Below, in pieces: positions 10,632 to 19,295 of a stretch of DNA of 64,000 nt. The translations under genes were made by a program, and so were the position numbers. Under the pieces are notes generated by a model. That model did no database searches, had not been told where the DNA came from, and saw nothing but the letters and a program-made list of their open reading frames with translations. Each line of letters begins with the position of its first letter. Position 1 is the stretch's first letter. This stretch comes from Myxococcota bacterium (GTDB lineage: Bacteria; Myxococcota_A; UBA796; UBA2385), in contig JBIJDH010000003.1 in assembly GCA_044344255.1 (NCBI GenBank), positions 416,001 through 480,000 of the forward strand, in the 5' to 3' direction.

Positions 10632-13600
10632 ATGCACGCCGCCTCCGCCCTCCTCCGCTCCCGCCCCCAGAGCCTCTTCCTCGACGCCCTTGATGAGCAG
10701 GTGCTCATCTTCGACGGCGCGATGGGCACGATGCTCCACGCTTACGATCTGCCGCTCTCCGACTACTGGGAGCTGGAGAACTGCTCGGAGGTGCTCAACC
10801 TGAGCCGGCCCGATGTGGTGGCGGCCATCCACGCCGCCTACTTTGACGTGGGCGCTGACGTGGTCGAGACCAACAGCTTCGGCGGCTCCCCCCTCGTGTT
10901 GGCCGAGTTCGGCCTCGGCGATCGAGCCTACGAGATCAACCGTCGGGCGGCCGAGATCGGCCGTGAGGTGGCCGATCGGTACAAGGGCGGCCGGCCCCGC
11001 TTCGTCGCCGGCTCGATCGGCCCCGGCACGCGCCTGCCCACCCTCGGCCACACCGACTGGGGCAGCCTCGTAGACGCCTACACCGTCCAGGCGGAGGGCC
11101 TGATCGACGGCGGCGCTGACGTCCTGCTCGTCGAGACCTGCCAGGACATCCTCCAGACCAAGGCCGCCGTCGTCGCCATCGGAGACGCCTTCCTCCGAAA
11201 GGGTCGTCGGCTCCCCGTGATGGCCCAGGTGACGATGGAGACCACCGGCACGATGCTCGTCGGCACCGACATCGCCGCCGCCGCGACCGTGCTCGATGTC
11301 TACGACCACGTCGACATCATCGGCTTGAACTGCGCCACCGGGCCCCTCGAGATGGCCGGGCACGTGGCCTGGCTCGGCCGGCACAGCCGCAAGCGCATCA
11401 GCGTCCTGCCGAACGCAGGCCTCCCGCAGCTCGTGAACGGTCGCCCCTTCTACCCCTTGAGCCCGGGCGAGCTCGCCGACTGGCATGACCGCTTCACCCG
11501 CGATGACGGCGTGGCGATCGTCGGTGGCTGCTGCGGCACGAGCCCGGATCACATCCGAGCGGTGGTCGAGCGGGTGCGCGGCCGCAGGCCCAAGGCCCGC
11601 CACCCGGAGTGGGTGCCCTCGGTCACCTCGCTCTACGGCGCGGTCTCGCTCAAGCAGGACGCCGACATCCTCGCGATCGGCGAGCGGACCAACGCCAACG
11701 GCTCCCGCCAATTCAAGCAGTTCCTCGATCAGCAGAACTGGGACGGCACCGTTCAGATGGGCCGGAACCAGGCCCGCCACGGCTCCCACGCGATCGACGT
11801 CTGCACCGCCTTCGTCGGCCGCGACGAGGTGGCCGACATGGTCGAGGTGGTGAGCCGCTTCCGGGGGGCCGTCAACGCGCCGCTGGTGGTCGACTCCACC
11901 GAGACCCCGGTCATCCGCGCCGCCCTCGAGCTGATCGGCGGAAAGTCGATCATCAACTCCATCAACCTCGAGGACGGGGAGACGAAGGTCGATGAGCTCT
12001 GCCCGCTCGCCAAGCGCCACGCCGCCGCGGTGATCGCGCTGACGATCGATGAGGAGGGTATGGCCAAGACGGTGGAGCGTAAGCTTGAGGTGGCGTCTCG
12101 CCTGTACGACCTCGCCGTGAACCGACATGGGCTGGATCCGGCCGACATCCTCTTCGATCCGCTCACGTTCACCATCTGCACGGGCAACGACGACGACCGC
12201 AAGCTCGGTCTCTGGACCCTGGACGGAATCGAGGCCATCGCCCAGGCCTTCCCGCGCTGCGGCATCCTGCTCGGGCTGTCAAACATCAGCTTCGGCCTCA
12301 AGCCTGCGGCCAGAGAGGTGCTGAACTCGGTGTACCTGTTCCATGCGCGGCAGCGTGGCCTCACGGCCGCGATTGTCCACGCGAGCAAGATCGTCCCGCT
12401 CCACCAGATCGATCCGGCCCGCCGCGAGGCCGCCGAAGACCTCATCTTCGACCGGCGGCGGGAGGGCTACGATCCGCTCCAGGCCTTCATCGGCCTCTTC
12501 ACCGACGAGGACGAACGAAAGAAGGTCAAGGTGCGCGCCGCCGAGGTGGAGGAGCGACTCAAGAACCGCATCATCGACGGTGAGCGCCCCGGCATCGAGG
12601 CTGACCTCAACGAGGCCCTCGGCCGCTACGCGCCCCTCGACATCATCAACACGCTCTTGCTCGATGGCATGCGGGTGGTGGGGGAGCTCTTCGGGTCCGG
12701 CCAGATGCAGCTCCCCTTCGTGCTCCAGTCCGCCGAGACGATGAAGGCCGCGGTCGCCCACCTCGAGCCCCACATGGAGAAGATCGAGGGGCAGTCGAAG
12801 GGGCGGATGATCCTGGCGACCGTGCGCGGTGACGTACACGACATCGGGAAGAACCTCGTCGACATCATCCTCTCGAACAATGGCTACGAGGTGGTCAACC
12901 TCGGCATCAAGCAGCCCATCGACAATATCCTCCGTGCTTACAGAGAGAAGGGCGCAGACGCCATTGGGATGAGCGGGCTGCTCGTCAAGTCCACCGTGAT
13001 CATGAAGGAGAACATGGAGGAGATGCGGCGCCAGGGCATCCGCGTGCCCGTGGTGCTGGGCGGCGCGGCGCTCACCCGCGGCTTCGTGGAGGAGGACTGC
13101 TCGATCGCCTACGGTCAGCGGGTGGCCTATGGTCGCGACGCCTTCGCCGGCCTCGGCTTCATGGACGATCTCAACGAGGCCCGCCGGGGCGGTCGGCCGA
13201 GCCCCTGGACCGACATCGTGGATGGTCGTGCAGGGGGTGCGGCGGCCCCGGCGGTGCACGGTCGCCTCGAACGGCCGCTCCCCGAGCACGAGATCGATAC
13301 CCGACCGGTCGAGCGGCAGAACCCGCCCACTCCGCCCTTCTACGGGGCCCGCGTGGTCGAGAAGATGAGCGTGCGTGCGCTCGTGCCCTTCCTGAATGAG
13401 GACGTGCTCTTCAAGTTCCAGTGGGGCTTCTTGCGGAAGAACCTGAGCCAGGCCGAGCACCAGGAGCAGCTCCGCACGGTGGTCAAGCCGATCCTCGTCG
13501 ACCTGCTCCGGCGGGTGGAGCAGGAGGAGATCTTCCAGCCCCAGGCGGCCTATGGCTGGTTTCGCTGCCGCCCCGAGGGTGACGCCCTGTGGATCGAGCA

Positions 13601-14093
13601 CGAGGGCGAGCGAGTCCGGCTCGCCTTCCCCCGCCAGCGGGCGGTGAACGGGCGGTGTATCGCCGACTACTTCAACCCCGAGGGGGACGTCATCGGCTTG
13701 CTCGCCGTGACCGTCGGGCAGCGCGCCTCCGACGTGGCCCGGGAGTGGTTCGCCGCCAACGACTACCGAAACTATCTCTACCTGCACGGCCTCGGCGTGG
13801 AGCTGGCCGAGGCCCTCGCCGAGAGCATGCACCGCCAGATGCGGGTGGAGCTTGGCATCGCAGGCGATGACCCGCGCGACATCAGCGACCTCTTCCGGGC
13901 GCGTTATCGCGGCCTCCGCTACGCCTACGGCTACCCCGCCTGCCCCGAGATGGCTGACCAGCAGCACCTCCTCCGCCTCCTCGGCGCCGAGCGGATCGGC
14001 CTCAGCATGGACGCCGATGAGCAGCTCCACCCCGAGCAGTCCACGGCGGCCCTGGTCGTCCACCACCCCGCGGCGCGATACTTCCGCGTTTAG
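10632..14093 (+). CDS. metH: Cobalamin-dependent methionine synthase
   Basis: DGAMGT, GLNCATGP, GGCCGT (Zn site), IGERTNANGS, B12-binding GDVHDIGKNLV, C-terminal GYPACP. Confidence 0.97.
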   Translation: MHAASALLRSRPQSLFLDALDEQVLIFDGAMGTMLHAYDLPLSDYWELENCSEVLNLSRPDVVAAIHAAYFDVGADVVETNSFGGSPLVLAEFGLGDRAYEINRRAAEIGREVADRYKGGRPRFVAGSIGPGTRLPTLGHTDWGSLVDAYTVQAEGLIDGGADVLLVETCQDILQTKAAVVAIGDAFLRKGRRLPVMAQVTMETTGTMLVGTDIAAAATVLDVYDHVDIIGLNCATGPLEMAGHVAWLGRHSRKRISVLPNAGLPQLVNGRPFYPLSPGELADWHDRFTRDDGVAIVGGCCGTSPDHIRAVVERVRGRRPKARHPEWVPSVTSLYGAVSLKQDADILAIGERTNANGSRQFKQFLDQQNWDGTVQMGRNQARHGSHAIDVCTAFVGRDEVADMVEVVSRFRGAVNAPLVVDSTETPVIRAALELIGGKSIINSINLEDGETKVDELCPLAKRHAAAVIALTIDEEGMAKTVERKLEVASRLYDLAVNRHGLDPADILFDPLTFTICTGNDDDRKLGLWTLDGIEAIAQAFPRCGILLGLSNISFGLKPAAREVLNSVYLFHARQRGLTAAIVHASKIVPLHQIDPARREAAEDLIFDRRREGYDPLQAFIGLFTDEDERKKVKVRAAEVEERLKNRIIDGERPGIEADLNEALGRYAPLDIINTLLLDGMRVVGELFGSGQMQLPFVLQSAETMKAAVAHLEPHMEKIEGQSKGRMILATVRGDVHDIGKNLVDIILSNNGYEVVNLGIKQPIDNILRAYREKGADAIGMSGLLVKSTVIMKENMEEMRRQGIRVPVVLGGAALTRGFVEEDCSIAYGQRVAYGRDAFAGLGFMDDLNEARRGGRPSPWTDIVDGRAGGAAAPAVHGRLERPLPEHEIDTRPVERQNPPTPPFYGARVVEKMSVRALVPFLNEDVLFKFQWGFLRKNLSQAEHQEQLRTVVKPILVDLLRRVEQEEIFQPQAAYGWFRCRPEGDALWIEHEGERVRLAFPRQRAVNGRCIADYFNPEGDVIGLLAVTVGQRASDVAREWFAANDYRNYLYLHGLGVELAEALAESMHRQMRVELGIAGDDPRDISDLFRARYRGLRYAYGYPACPEMADQQHLLRLLGAERIGLSMDADEQLHPEQSTAALVVHHPAARYFRV

Positions 14094-14159
14094 GGGGGCG
14101 CCGAGGCGCGGTCACGCGGTATACTCCCGGCGGTCTCACGGGCCTGCTGTCGTGGAGTA

Positions 14160-15434
14160 TTGATGCGCGCGCTGAAGCTGCGGAAGCTGTTGTGGTCCCC
14201 TGTCCTCGCCCTGGTGGTGTCGGCGCCTGCGCTGGCGGCGGACGGCTCGATCAAGGTCGATCTCAGCAACCTGCCCGGGGAGATCGTGCTCGACGGCTTC
14301 CCGACGGGCCTCCAGTCCCCGGCCACCCTCACGGGCGTGGCGCCGGGCACCCACCGGGTGGAGATCTCCTACGGCTGCGTCACCGGCGGCGTCGATGTGG
14401 ACGTGAAGGAGAGCACCCTCGTCAAGGCCAACATCCAGGTGAAGAACCAAGGGGGAAACGGAACCATCCGCCTCCAGGGCGTCCCCGACTCCGCGACCGT
14501 CTTCATGGATGACGCTCCTATTGAGTCTTTTGAGAAGGGCATCCCGGCCAAGTGCGGCGGGCACCGCCTGATGGTGGAGGCCCCGGGCTACGACAGCTGG
14601 TCTGAGACCGTCACCGTGACCACGGGCAAGTGGACCACCGTGAAGCTGAAGCTGGCCCGAGGTGGGGACGACGAGGCCTCCCCGGTGGTCGCGAAGAAGC
14701 CCGCCGCGAAGCCCGCCGTCCGTCCGCCGCCGGAGCCGGTGGAGGAGGAGATCGAGGCAGAAGAGGAGGAGATCGCCCCCCCCGTCGTCGCCAAGAAGCC
14801 CGCCGCCCGACCGCCGCCCGTGGAGGAAGACCCCGACGCGGAGGAGGACGGCGGCGACGAGGAAGAAGACGTCGCCATCCCCGCTGTTCGCGGCAACTCG
14901 AAGCGGGACGCCGAGCCCGATCGAGCCGAAGACGAGGAGGACGAAGACTTCTCCGCCCCTTCGGTCGCGGCCAAGAAGCCGAGCAAGCCCGCCCGTGAAG
15001 AGCGGCCCGCCCGGGAAGAGGAAGACGAAGGCGACATGGAGGAGCGGCGCCCCGCGAAGGCGCCCCGTGAGAAGCGGGAGCGCCCGGACTGTGAGGGCTG
15101 GTTCTGCCTGGGCAACAGCCGCGCGGGCGCGATCACCGTGGTCACGATCGGCGGCCTCGCAGGCATCGGCGGCTTCACCTACGGCGCGGTCAACGGCCTC
15201 GCCTACCAGGACAAGGTGGGCGCTTACAACACCGCCGTGGCCGAAGAGGGCGCAGACCTCTCCGCGGAGGACGTCACCGCCCTCCAGTCCGCTTACGCCG
15301 GCCCTAAGAAGAAGATGATCGCCGGCTTCGTGATCGGCGGTCTCGGCACGGCCCTCACCGGCGGCTCGATCGGCATCATGCTCGCGACGAACGGCAGCGA
15401 CTCCGGCTCCTTCTCGATGAGCTGGCGCTTCTGA
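14160..15434 (+). CDS. PEGA-domain protein with acidic/Pro-rich linker and C-terminal hydrophobic helices
   Basis: Signal peptide; two PEGA-like units (IVLDG...PGTHRVEI; VFMDD...GGHRLMVEAPGY); VAKKP repeats; ends SWRF. Confidence 0.75.
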   Translation: MMRALKLRKLLWSPVLALVVSAPALAADGSIKVDLSNLPGEIVLDGFPTGLQSPATLTGVAPGTHRVEISYGCVTGGVDVDVKESTLVKANIQVKNQGGNGTIRLQGVPDSATVFMDDAPIESFEKGIPAKCGGHRLMVEAPGYDSWSETVTVTTGKWTTVKLKLARGGDDEASPVVAKKPAAKPAVRPPPEPVEEEIEAEEEEIAPPVVAKKPAARPPPVEEDPDAEEDGGDEEEDVAIPAVRGNSKRDAEPDRAEDEEDEDFSAPSVAAKKPSKPAREERPAREEEDEGDMEERRPAKAPREKRERPDCEGWFCLGNSRAGAITVVTIGGLAGIGGFTYGAVNGLAYQDKVGAYNTAVAEEGADLSAEDVTALQSAYAGPKKKMIAGFVIGGLGTALTGGSIGIMLATNGSDSGSFSMSWRF

Positions 15435-16578
15435 GGGCGAGGGCCAGCGGAAGCAGGAGCCAGGCCCCGCGCGCGTGGGGCGGTCGGCCTCCTCCGCAGC
15501 CGCATCCCTTTGGGGTGCGGTCGGCTGCGGCCGGCTCGTCGCCCGCTCCGGCTGGGGGCGTGGTGTCGTCTCCGTCCGCGCCCGGGGTCGCGCTGTCCGA
15601 GTCGCCCCCGCCGGAGTCTCCATCGGCCTCCCCGCCGTCGCCGCCTCCGTCGTCGACGCCCCCGGTGTCGTCGGGGCCGCAGTCGGACAGCGGGTGGTCG
15701 ACGTAGCCGACGCAGGTGAAGGTTGAGACCTGCAGGGGGGATCCCTCCGCGGTGGTCCAGAGATCACCGGCGAGGTCAAAGGCCACCGCCTCGCCGCCAG
15801 ACTCTCCCTCCCGCTGGGGCAGCACGAGCGGCGGCGTCTCCCAGTGGGCGTCGGGCGCGCAGGGATCGGTCTCCCAGACGAGGAGGGAGTCGTAGGTGCG
15901 GACGACGAGCCGCTCCCCCTCGGCGTCCCAGTCGGCGCCGGTGGTCATGAGGTTGCCGGTCAGCCAGTCGGAGAGGTGGAGCGACGCCACCGGCGCGAGC
16001 TCTCCCACCGTCTCCGCCTCGCTCCACGGGGGGAAGCGCCAGACGCCGGACTCGCCGTCCCCCTCCTTGGTGACGAGGTAGACGTCGGCGGTCAGCGGGT
16101 GGACGAAGAGCGACTCGGCGTCATGGGGCTCATCGGGGAAGCTGGCGCGGAGGATGCGCAGGACCGGGGCGCTCTCTCCCTCGGCTGGCTCGGCCACGAT
16201 GAAGACGGCGTCGTAGCCGCGGAGGAGGAAGTTGTCGCCGATGTCGCCGATGTAGAGGCAGCGTTCGCCTGCGGTGGCGATGAGGTCGGCGGGACAGGGG
16301 CCGGCCGCCATGTCCTCCCAGTCGAAGAAGAGCCCGTCCAGCACCGGCTGCTCCTCGAAGAGCGCGCCGTCGAGCGTGAAGGCGTAGACCGAGATCTCGC
16401 CCCCGGAGTCATCGTGGGTGAACCAGACCCCGGGCCGCGTGCGCGAGGCCGCGAGGCCCGAGGACTCGACGCTGAGCGGATCGACGAGCTCCGCCACCAG
16501 GGCGCCGCTCTCGTAGGCCTCGCAGGTGTCGGCCCGCGCGGTGGGCGCCGAGACGGCGATGAGGAGGAGCCCCAGCAC
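15376..16578 (-). CDS. Secreted beta-propeller-like protein with MYXO-CTERM-like tail
   Basis: GTG start overlaps upstream TAG; motifs ESSGLAAS, HDDSG, DWEDMA, YIGDIGDN, DAES; C-terminus GCGC, hydrophobic stretch, Arg-rich. Confidence 0.7.
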   Translation of the reverse strand: MLGLLLIAVSAPTARADTCEAYESGALVAELVDPLSVESSGLAASRTRPGVWFTHDDSGGEISVYAFTLDGALFEEQPVLDGLFFDWEDMAAGPCPADLIATAGERCLYIGDIGDNFLLRGYDAVFIVAEPAEGESAPVLRILRASFPDEPHDAESLFVHPLTADVYLVTKEGDGESGVWRFPPWSEAETVGELAPVASLHLSDWLTGNLMTTGADWDAEGERLVVRTYDSLLVWETDPCAPDAHWETPPLVLPQREGESGGEAVAFDLAGDLWTTAEGSPLQVSTFTCVGYVDHPLSDCGPDDTGGVDDGGGDGGEADGDSGGGDSDSATPGADGDDTTPPAGAGDEPAAADRTPKGCGCGGGRPPHARGAWLLLPLALALRSASSSRRSRSRCRSSRA

Positions 16579-17177
16579 TACTTCTTCCGCTGGAGGACGA
16601 TCGGCTCTTCGCCCACCGGGCCCATCAAGGCGGTCTGGGCGTCGGTGAGGATGAAGAGGAGCTCCTGGTCGGGGGCCCCGGCCTTGCTGGCCCGCACCCG
16701 CACCTGGTTCCCCGACTCGGAGATGAGCTTGTACGACAGCTTGTCGGTCGCGTCGCCGTATCGGGACTGGATGCTCGATGAGGTGATGGTGACGCCGAGA
16801 TCCTTCAGTTCCTCCCAGCTCTTCTTCATGCTCTGGAGCTCGGGGTCCTCCGGGTGCTCCTTCCATTGGCGACGGGTGTCGCCGACCCGCTCCTGGAGGT
16901 CGACGGTCAGCCCCACGGCCTCCATCTGCGACACCGTGGGCTCCTCCCGCTGAAAGGTGAAGTCCATCATCCAGATGAGGGGGGCGCGGGAGACGGGTCC
17001 GAGCAGTCGCCACTCCCCGATCAGGGAGACCGAGGGGCGGGGGGCGGCCGGGCGGAGGACGTCGGGCAGGGGCGCGGCGGGAGCCGGTGCGGCGGTCGCG
17101 CTCCCTGCGCCCAGGCCGAAGGCGACGAGGAGCCCGAACAGCAGGGGTCGGGCCGGGGCGGGCAGGGTGGGGCTCAT
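16578..17177 (-). CDS. Hypothetical exported protein
   Basis: Signal-peptide-like N-terminus; stop overlaps the next start. Confidence 0.65.
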   Translation of the reverse strand: MSPTLPAPARPLLFGLLVAFGLGAGSATAAPAPAAPLPDVLRPAAPRPSVSLIGEWRLLGPVSRAPLIWMMDFTFQREEPTVSQMEAVGLTVDLQERVGDTRRQWKEHPEDPELQSMKKSWEELKDLGVTITSSSIQSRYGDATDKLSYKLISESGNQVRVRASKAGAPDQELLFILTDAQTALMGPVGEEPIVLQRKK

Positions 17178-17217
17178 CGCGGGGGTTCCTCTGGCCGGTG
17201 CGTCGGCTCGGGCGGGT

Positions 17218-17769
17218 CTACTGGGGCAGCCGGCTCCCCACAAGCGACAGGTCGATCTCGCAGGGATCGGCGCGCAGGGCGGGGCAGGTGTCCGGGGTGG
17301 GGGCGGCGAGGGAGAGCGTGAGCGCGCCGTCGAGCGTGTCGGCGTCGGGGAAGGCCCAGGCGCCCTGCACGCTGACCTCGACGGAGCAGGCTGGGTACGA
17401 CTCGGCGTCGATCTCGACGTGGAGGGCCTCCGCGCCGCTGATCCCCATCTGCCCGTCCCCCCGATCCTCGAAGGTCACGGTCGACTCTCCGAGCGGATGG
17501 ACGAGCGAGATCGCGTAGCTCTGCGGGAGCACGGACCAGCTCGGCAGCACGACCGGCCGTGACCAGGTGATCGGGTTCCCCGGACCATTCGGCTGGAACA
17601 CGGAGTCGAAGTCGCCGCTCAGGCAGCCGTCGGACACGCCGACGGTCTGGATCTGAAACGAGCCTCCTTCGAAGGTCTCCGGGTCAAAGACATCGTTTGA
17701 TGTGTCTTTATCGGAACCGCAGGCCAAGAGGAGGGCGATCGGAGTCAGGGTGGATAGGAGGCGGGGCAT
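17218..17769 (-). CDS. Hypothetical lipoprotein
   Basis: Lipobox LLLAC; paired Cys residues. Confidence 0.7.
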   Translation of the reverse strand: MPRLLSTLTPIALLLACGSDKDTSNDVFDPETFEGGSFQIQTVGVSDGCLSGDFDSVFQPNGPGNPITWSRPVVLPSWSVLPQSYAISLVHPLGESTVTFEDRGDGQMGISGAEALHVEIDAESYPACSVEVSVQGAWAFPDADTLDGALTLSLAAPTPDTCPALRADPCEIDLSLVGSRLPQ

Positions 17770-17924
17770 AAAAAAAACTCCACATTCCAGCCTACCAGAG
17801 AAGGTGGTGCTGGTTGAATCTTCCATGGTGTGCGAGAATGTTTGACATGATGCCCACCGGTCAAGGCCGCTTCGGCGCGGCGAGTCCACTCCAACACCGG
17901 AAGGCCCGCTTTCCCGAGGCACCC

Positions 17925-18125
17925 ATGAGCAGCCCCGTCCCGGTTCGATCCGCCCTGCTCGCCCGCTTGCTCCGCGAGGAGGAGGGGACCACGACGATCG
18001 AGTACGGGCTCATCGCCTTTGTTGTGTCCCTCAGCGTGCTGGCCGGCGCCTCGGCCCTCGGCCTGAGCCTCGGTGACGTCTTTCAAGACGTGGACGACGT
18101 GATCCGCGCGGTCTTCTCCGGTTGA
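17925..18125 (+). CDS. flp: Flp/Fap (type IVc, Tad-type) pilin
   Basis: 66 aa; prepilin site EEG|TTTIEY with Glu+5/Tyr+6, followed by a hydrophobic helix. Confidence 0.85.
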   Translation: MSSPVPVRSALLARLLREEEGTTTIEYGLIAFVVSLSVLAGASALGLSLGDVFQDVDDVIRAVFSG

Positions 18126-19288
18126 GGAGCGAGGCTGGCCCATCGCTGCCGCCGATGCCGCCGCCCGCGCTCGTCAACCTGGAGAGCACGCTCGGCTGCA
18201 ACCTGGAGTGTGTGATGTGCGGCTCCCACCTGTCGGGGGTCACCAAGAAGCGGCAGGTGATGGCCCCAGCGCTCCTCGATCGGGTGGAGCAGCAGGTCCT
18301 GCCCGGCGCGCTCGATCTCTCGCTCACCGTCGCGGGTGAGCCCTGGATGACCCCGAAGCTCAGCAGCTTCGTCGCCCTCGCCGAGCGAGCCGGGGTGCAG
18401 CTCCAGATGAACAGCAACGCGACGCTCATCCGCGACGGGGAGCTCCTGCGGCGCATCCTTCGCGGGTCGAGCGCGCTGAAGTTCTCGGTCGACGGAGCCA
18501 CCGCCGAGACCTACCAGTCGATCCGCGGTCAGGGCGACTTCGCGCTGGTGATCCGCAACATCCGCGCGGTGGTGGCGGCGCGGGCGGCCCTGCCCGCTGG
18601 GGAGCAGCCCCGCCTCGCCCTCTGCATGGTGCTGATGCGGCGGAACGTGCATGAGCTCGTGGCGATGGTGGAGCTCGCCCGCGAGCTCGGCGTGGATCGC
18701 CTCGAGGTGGCCCACCTCACCGTGCTCGTCCCCGAGATGGACGCCGAGAGTCTCCGCCACTCCCCGGAGCTGGCCGACGAGCACCTCCGCGCGGCCCGCG
18801 CGCGGGCCGACGCCCTGGCCTTTCGGGTGCACCTCCCGCCGCTGATGAGCGGCGCGCCGCTGCCCGCGAAGGGCCTCGCCCGCCTCCGCCTCGCCGGGCA
18901 GGAGGCGCGGAGCGTCGGCCGGCGGCGGGTCAGTCGCCTCCTCCATCAGGCCCGCCACGAGGCGCGCCTCGCCCGGTGGTCCCTCTCCGCGGGCGGACGG
19001 GTGCCCTGCCCCTTCCTCCAGGGCGCGGTGTTTGTGACCATCGGCGGCGACGTCGCCCCCTGCCCGATGCCGGGGCGCCCGATCGTCGGGAACCTGCTCC
19101 AGCAGAGCTTCTCAGAGATCTGGAACGGGCCTGTGCTGACGGCGATGCGGCGCGGCTTCATCGAGGGCGCCCCCTTCGAGTGCTGCGCCCACTGCAGCCA
19201 GAACCCGAAGGGCTACCAGCCCGCCGATGAGGCCACCGCCCGACCGCGGGCCTACGACCTCTTCCGAGAGCGCTGGGCCCGGGGTTGA
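18122..19288 (+). CDS. Radical SAM protein with C-terminal SPASM/twitch-like domain (alternative start ATG 18155)
   Basis: CNLECVMC (CxxxCxxC); AGEP; SVDG; C-terminal CPFL...GDVAPC...IVGNL...CCAHC. Confidence 0.9.
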   Translation: MRSEAGPSLPPMPPPALVNLESTLGCNLECVMCGSHLSGVTKKRQVMAPALLDRVEQQVLPGALDLSLTVAGEPWMTPKLSSFVALAERAGVQLQMNSNATLIRDGELLRRILRGSSALKFSVDGATAETYQSIRGQGDFALVIRNIRAVVAARAALPAGEQPRLALCMVLMRRNVHELVAMVELARELGVDRLEVAHLTVLVPEMDAESLRHSPELADEHLRAARARADALAFRVHLPPLMSGAPLPAKGLARLRLAGQEARSVGRRRVSRLLHQARHEARLARWSLSAGGRVPCPFLQGAVFVTIGGDVAPCPMPGRPIVGNLLQQSFSEIWNGPVLTAMRRGFIEGAPFECCAHCSQNPKGYQPADEATARPRAYDLFRERWARG

Positions 19289-19295
19289 TCGAGGC

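Noticed and set aside
754..14066. Very long minus-strand ORFs (e.g. 8811-12128, 6774-8789, 2574-4598, 12279-14066)
   Set aside because: Antisense shadows of well-supported plus-strand genes, expected in high-GC DNA; no recognisable motifs
17770..17777. A8 homopolymer next to a lipoprotein start as a phase-variation switch
   Set aside because: Short and outside the likely CDS; no evidence of variation
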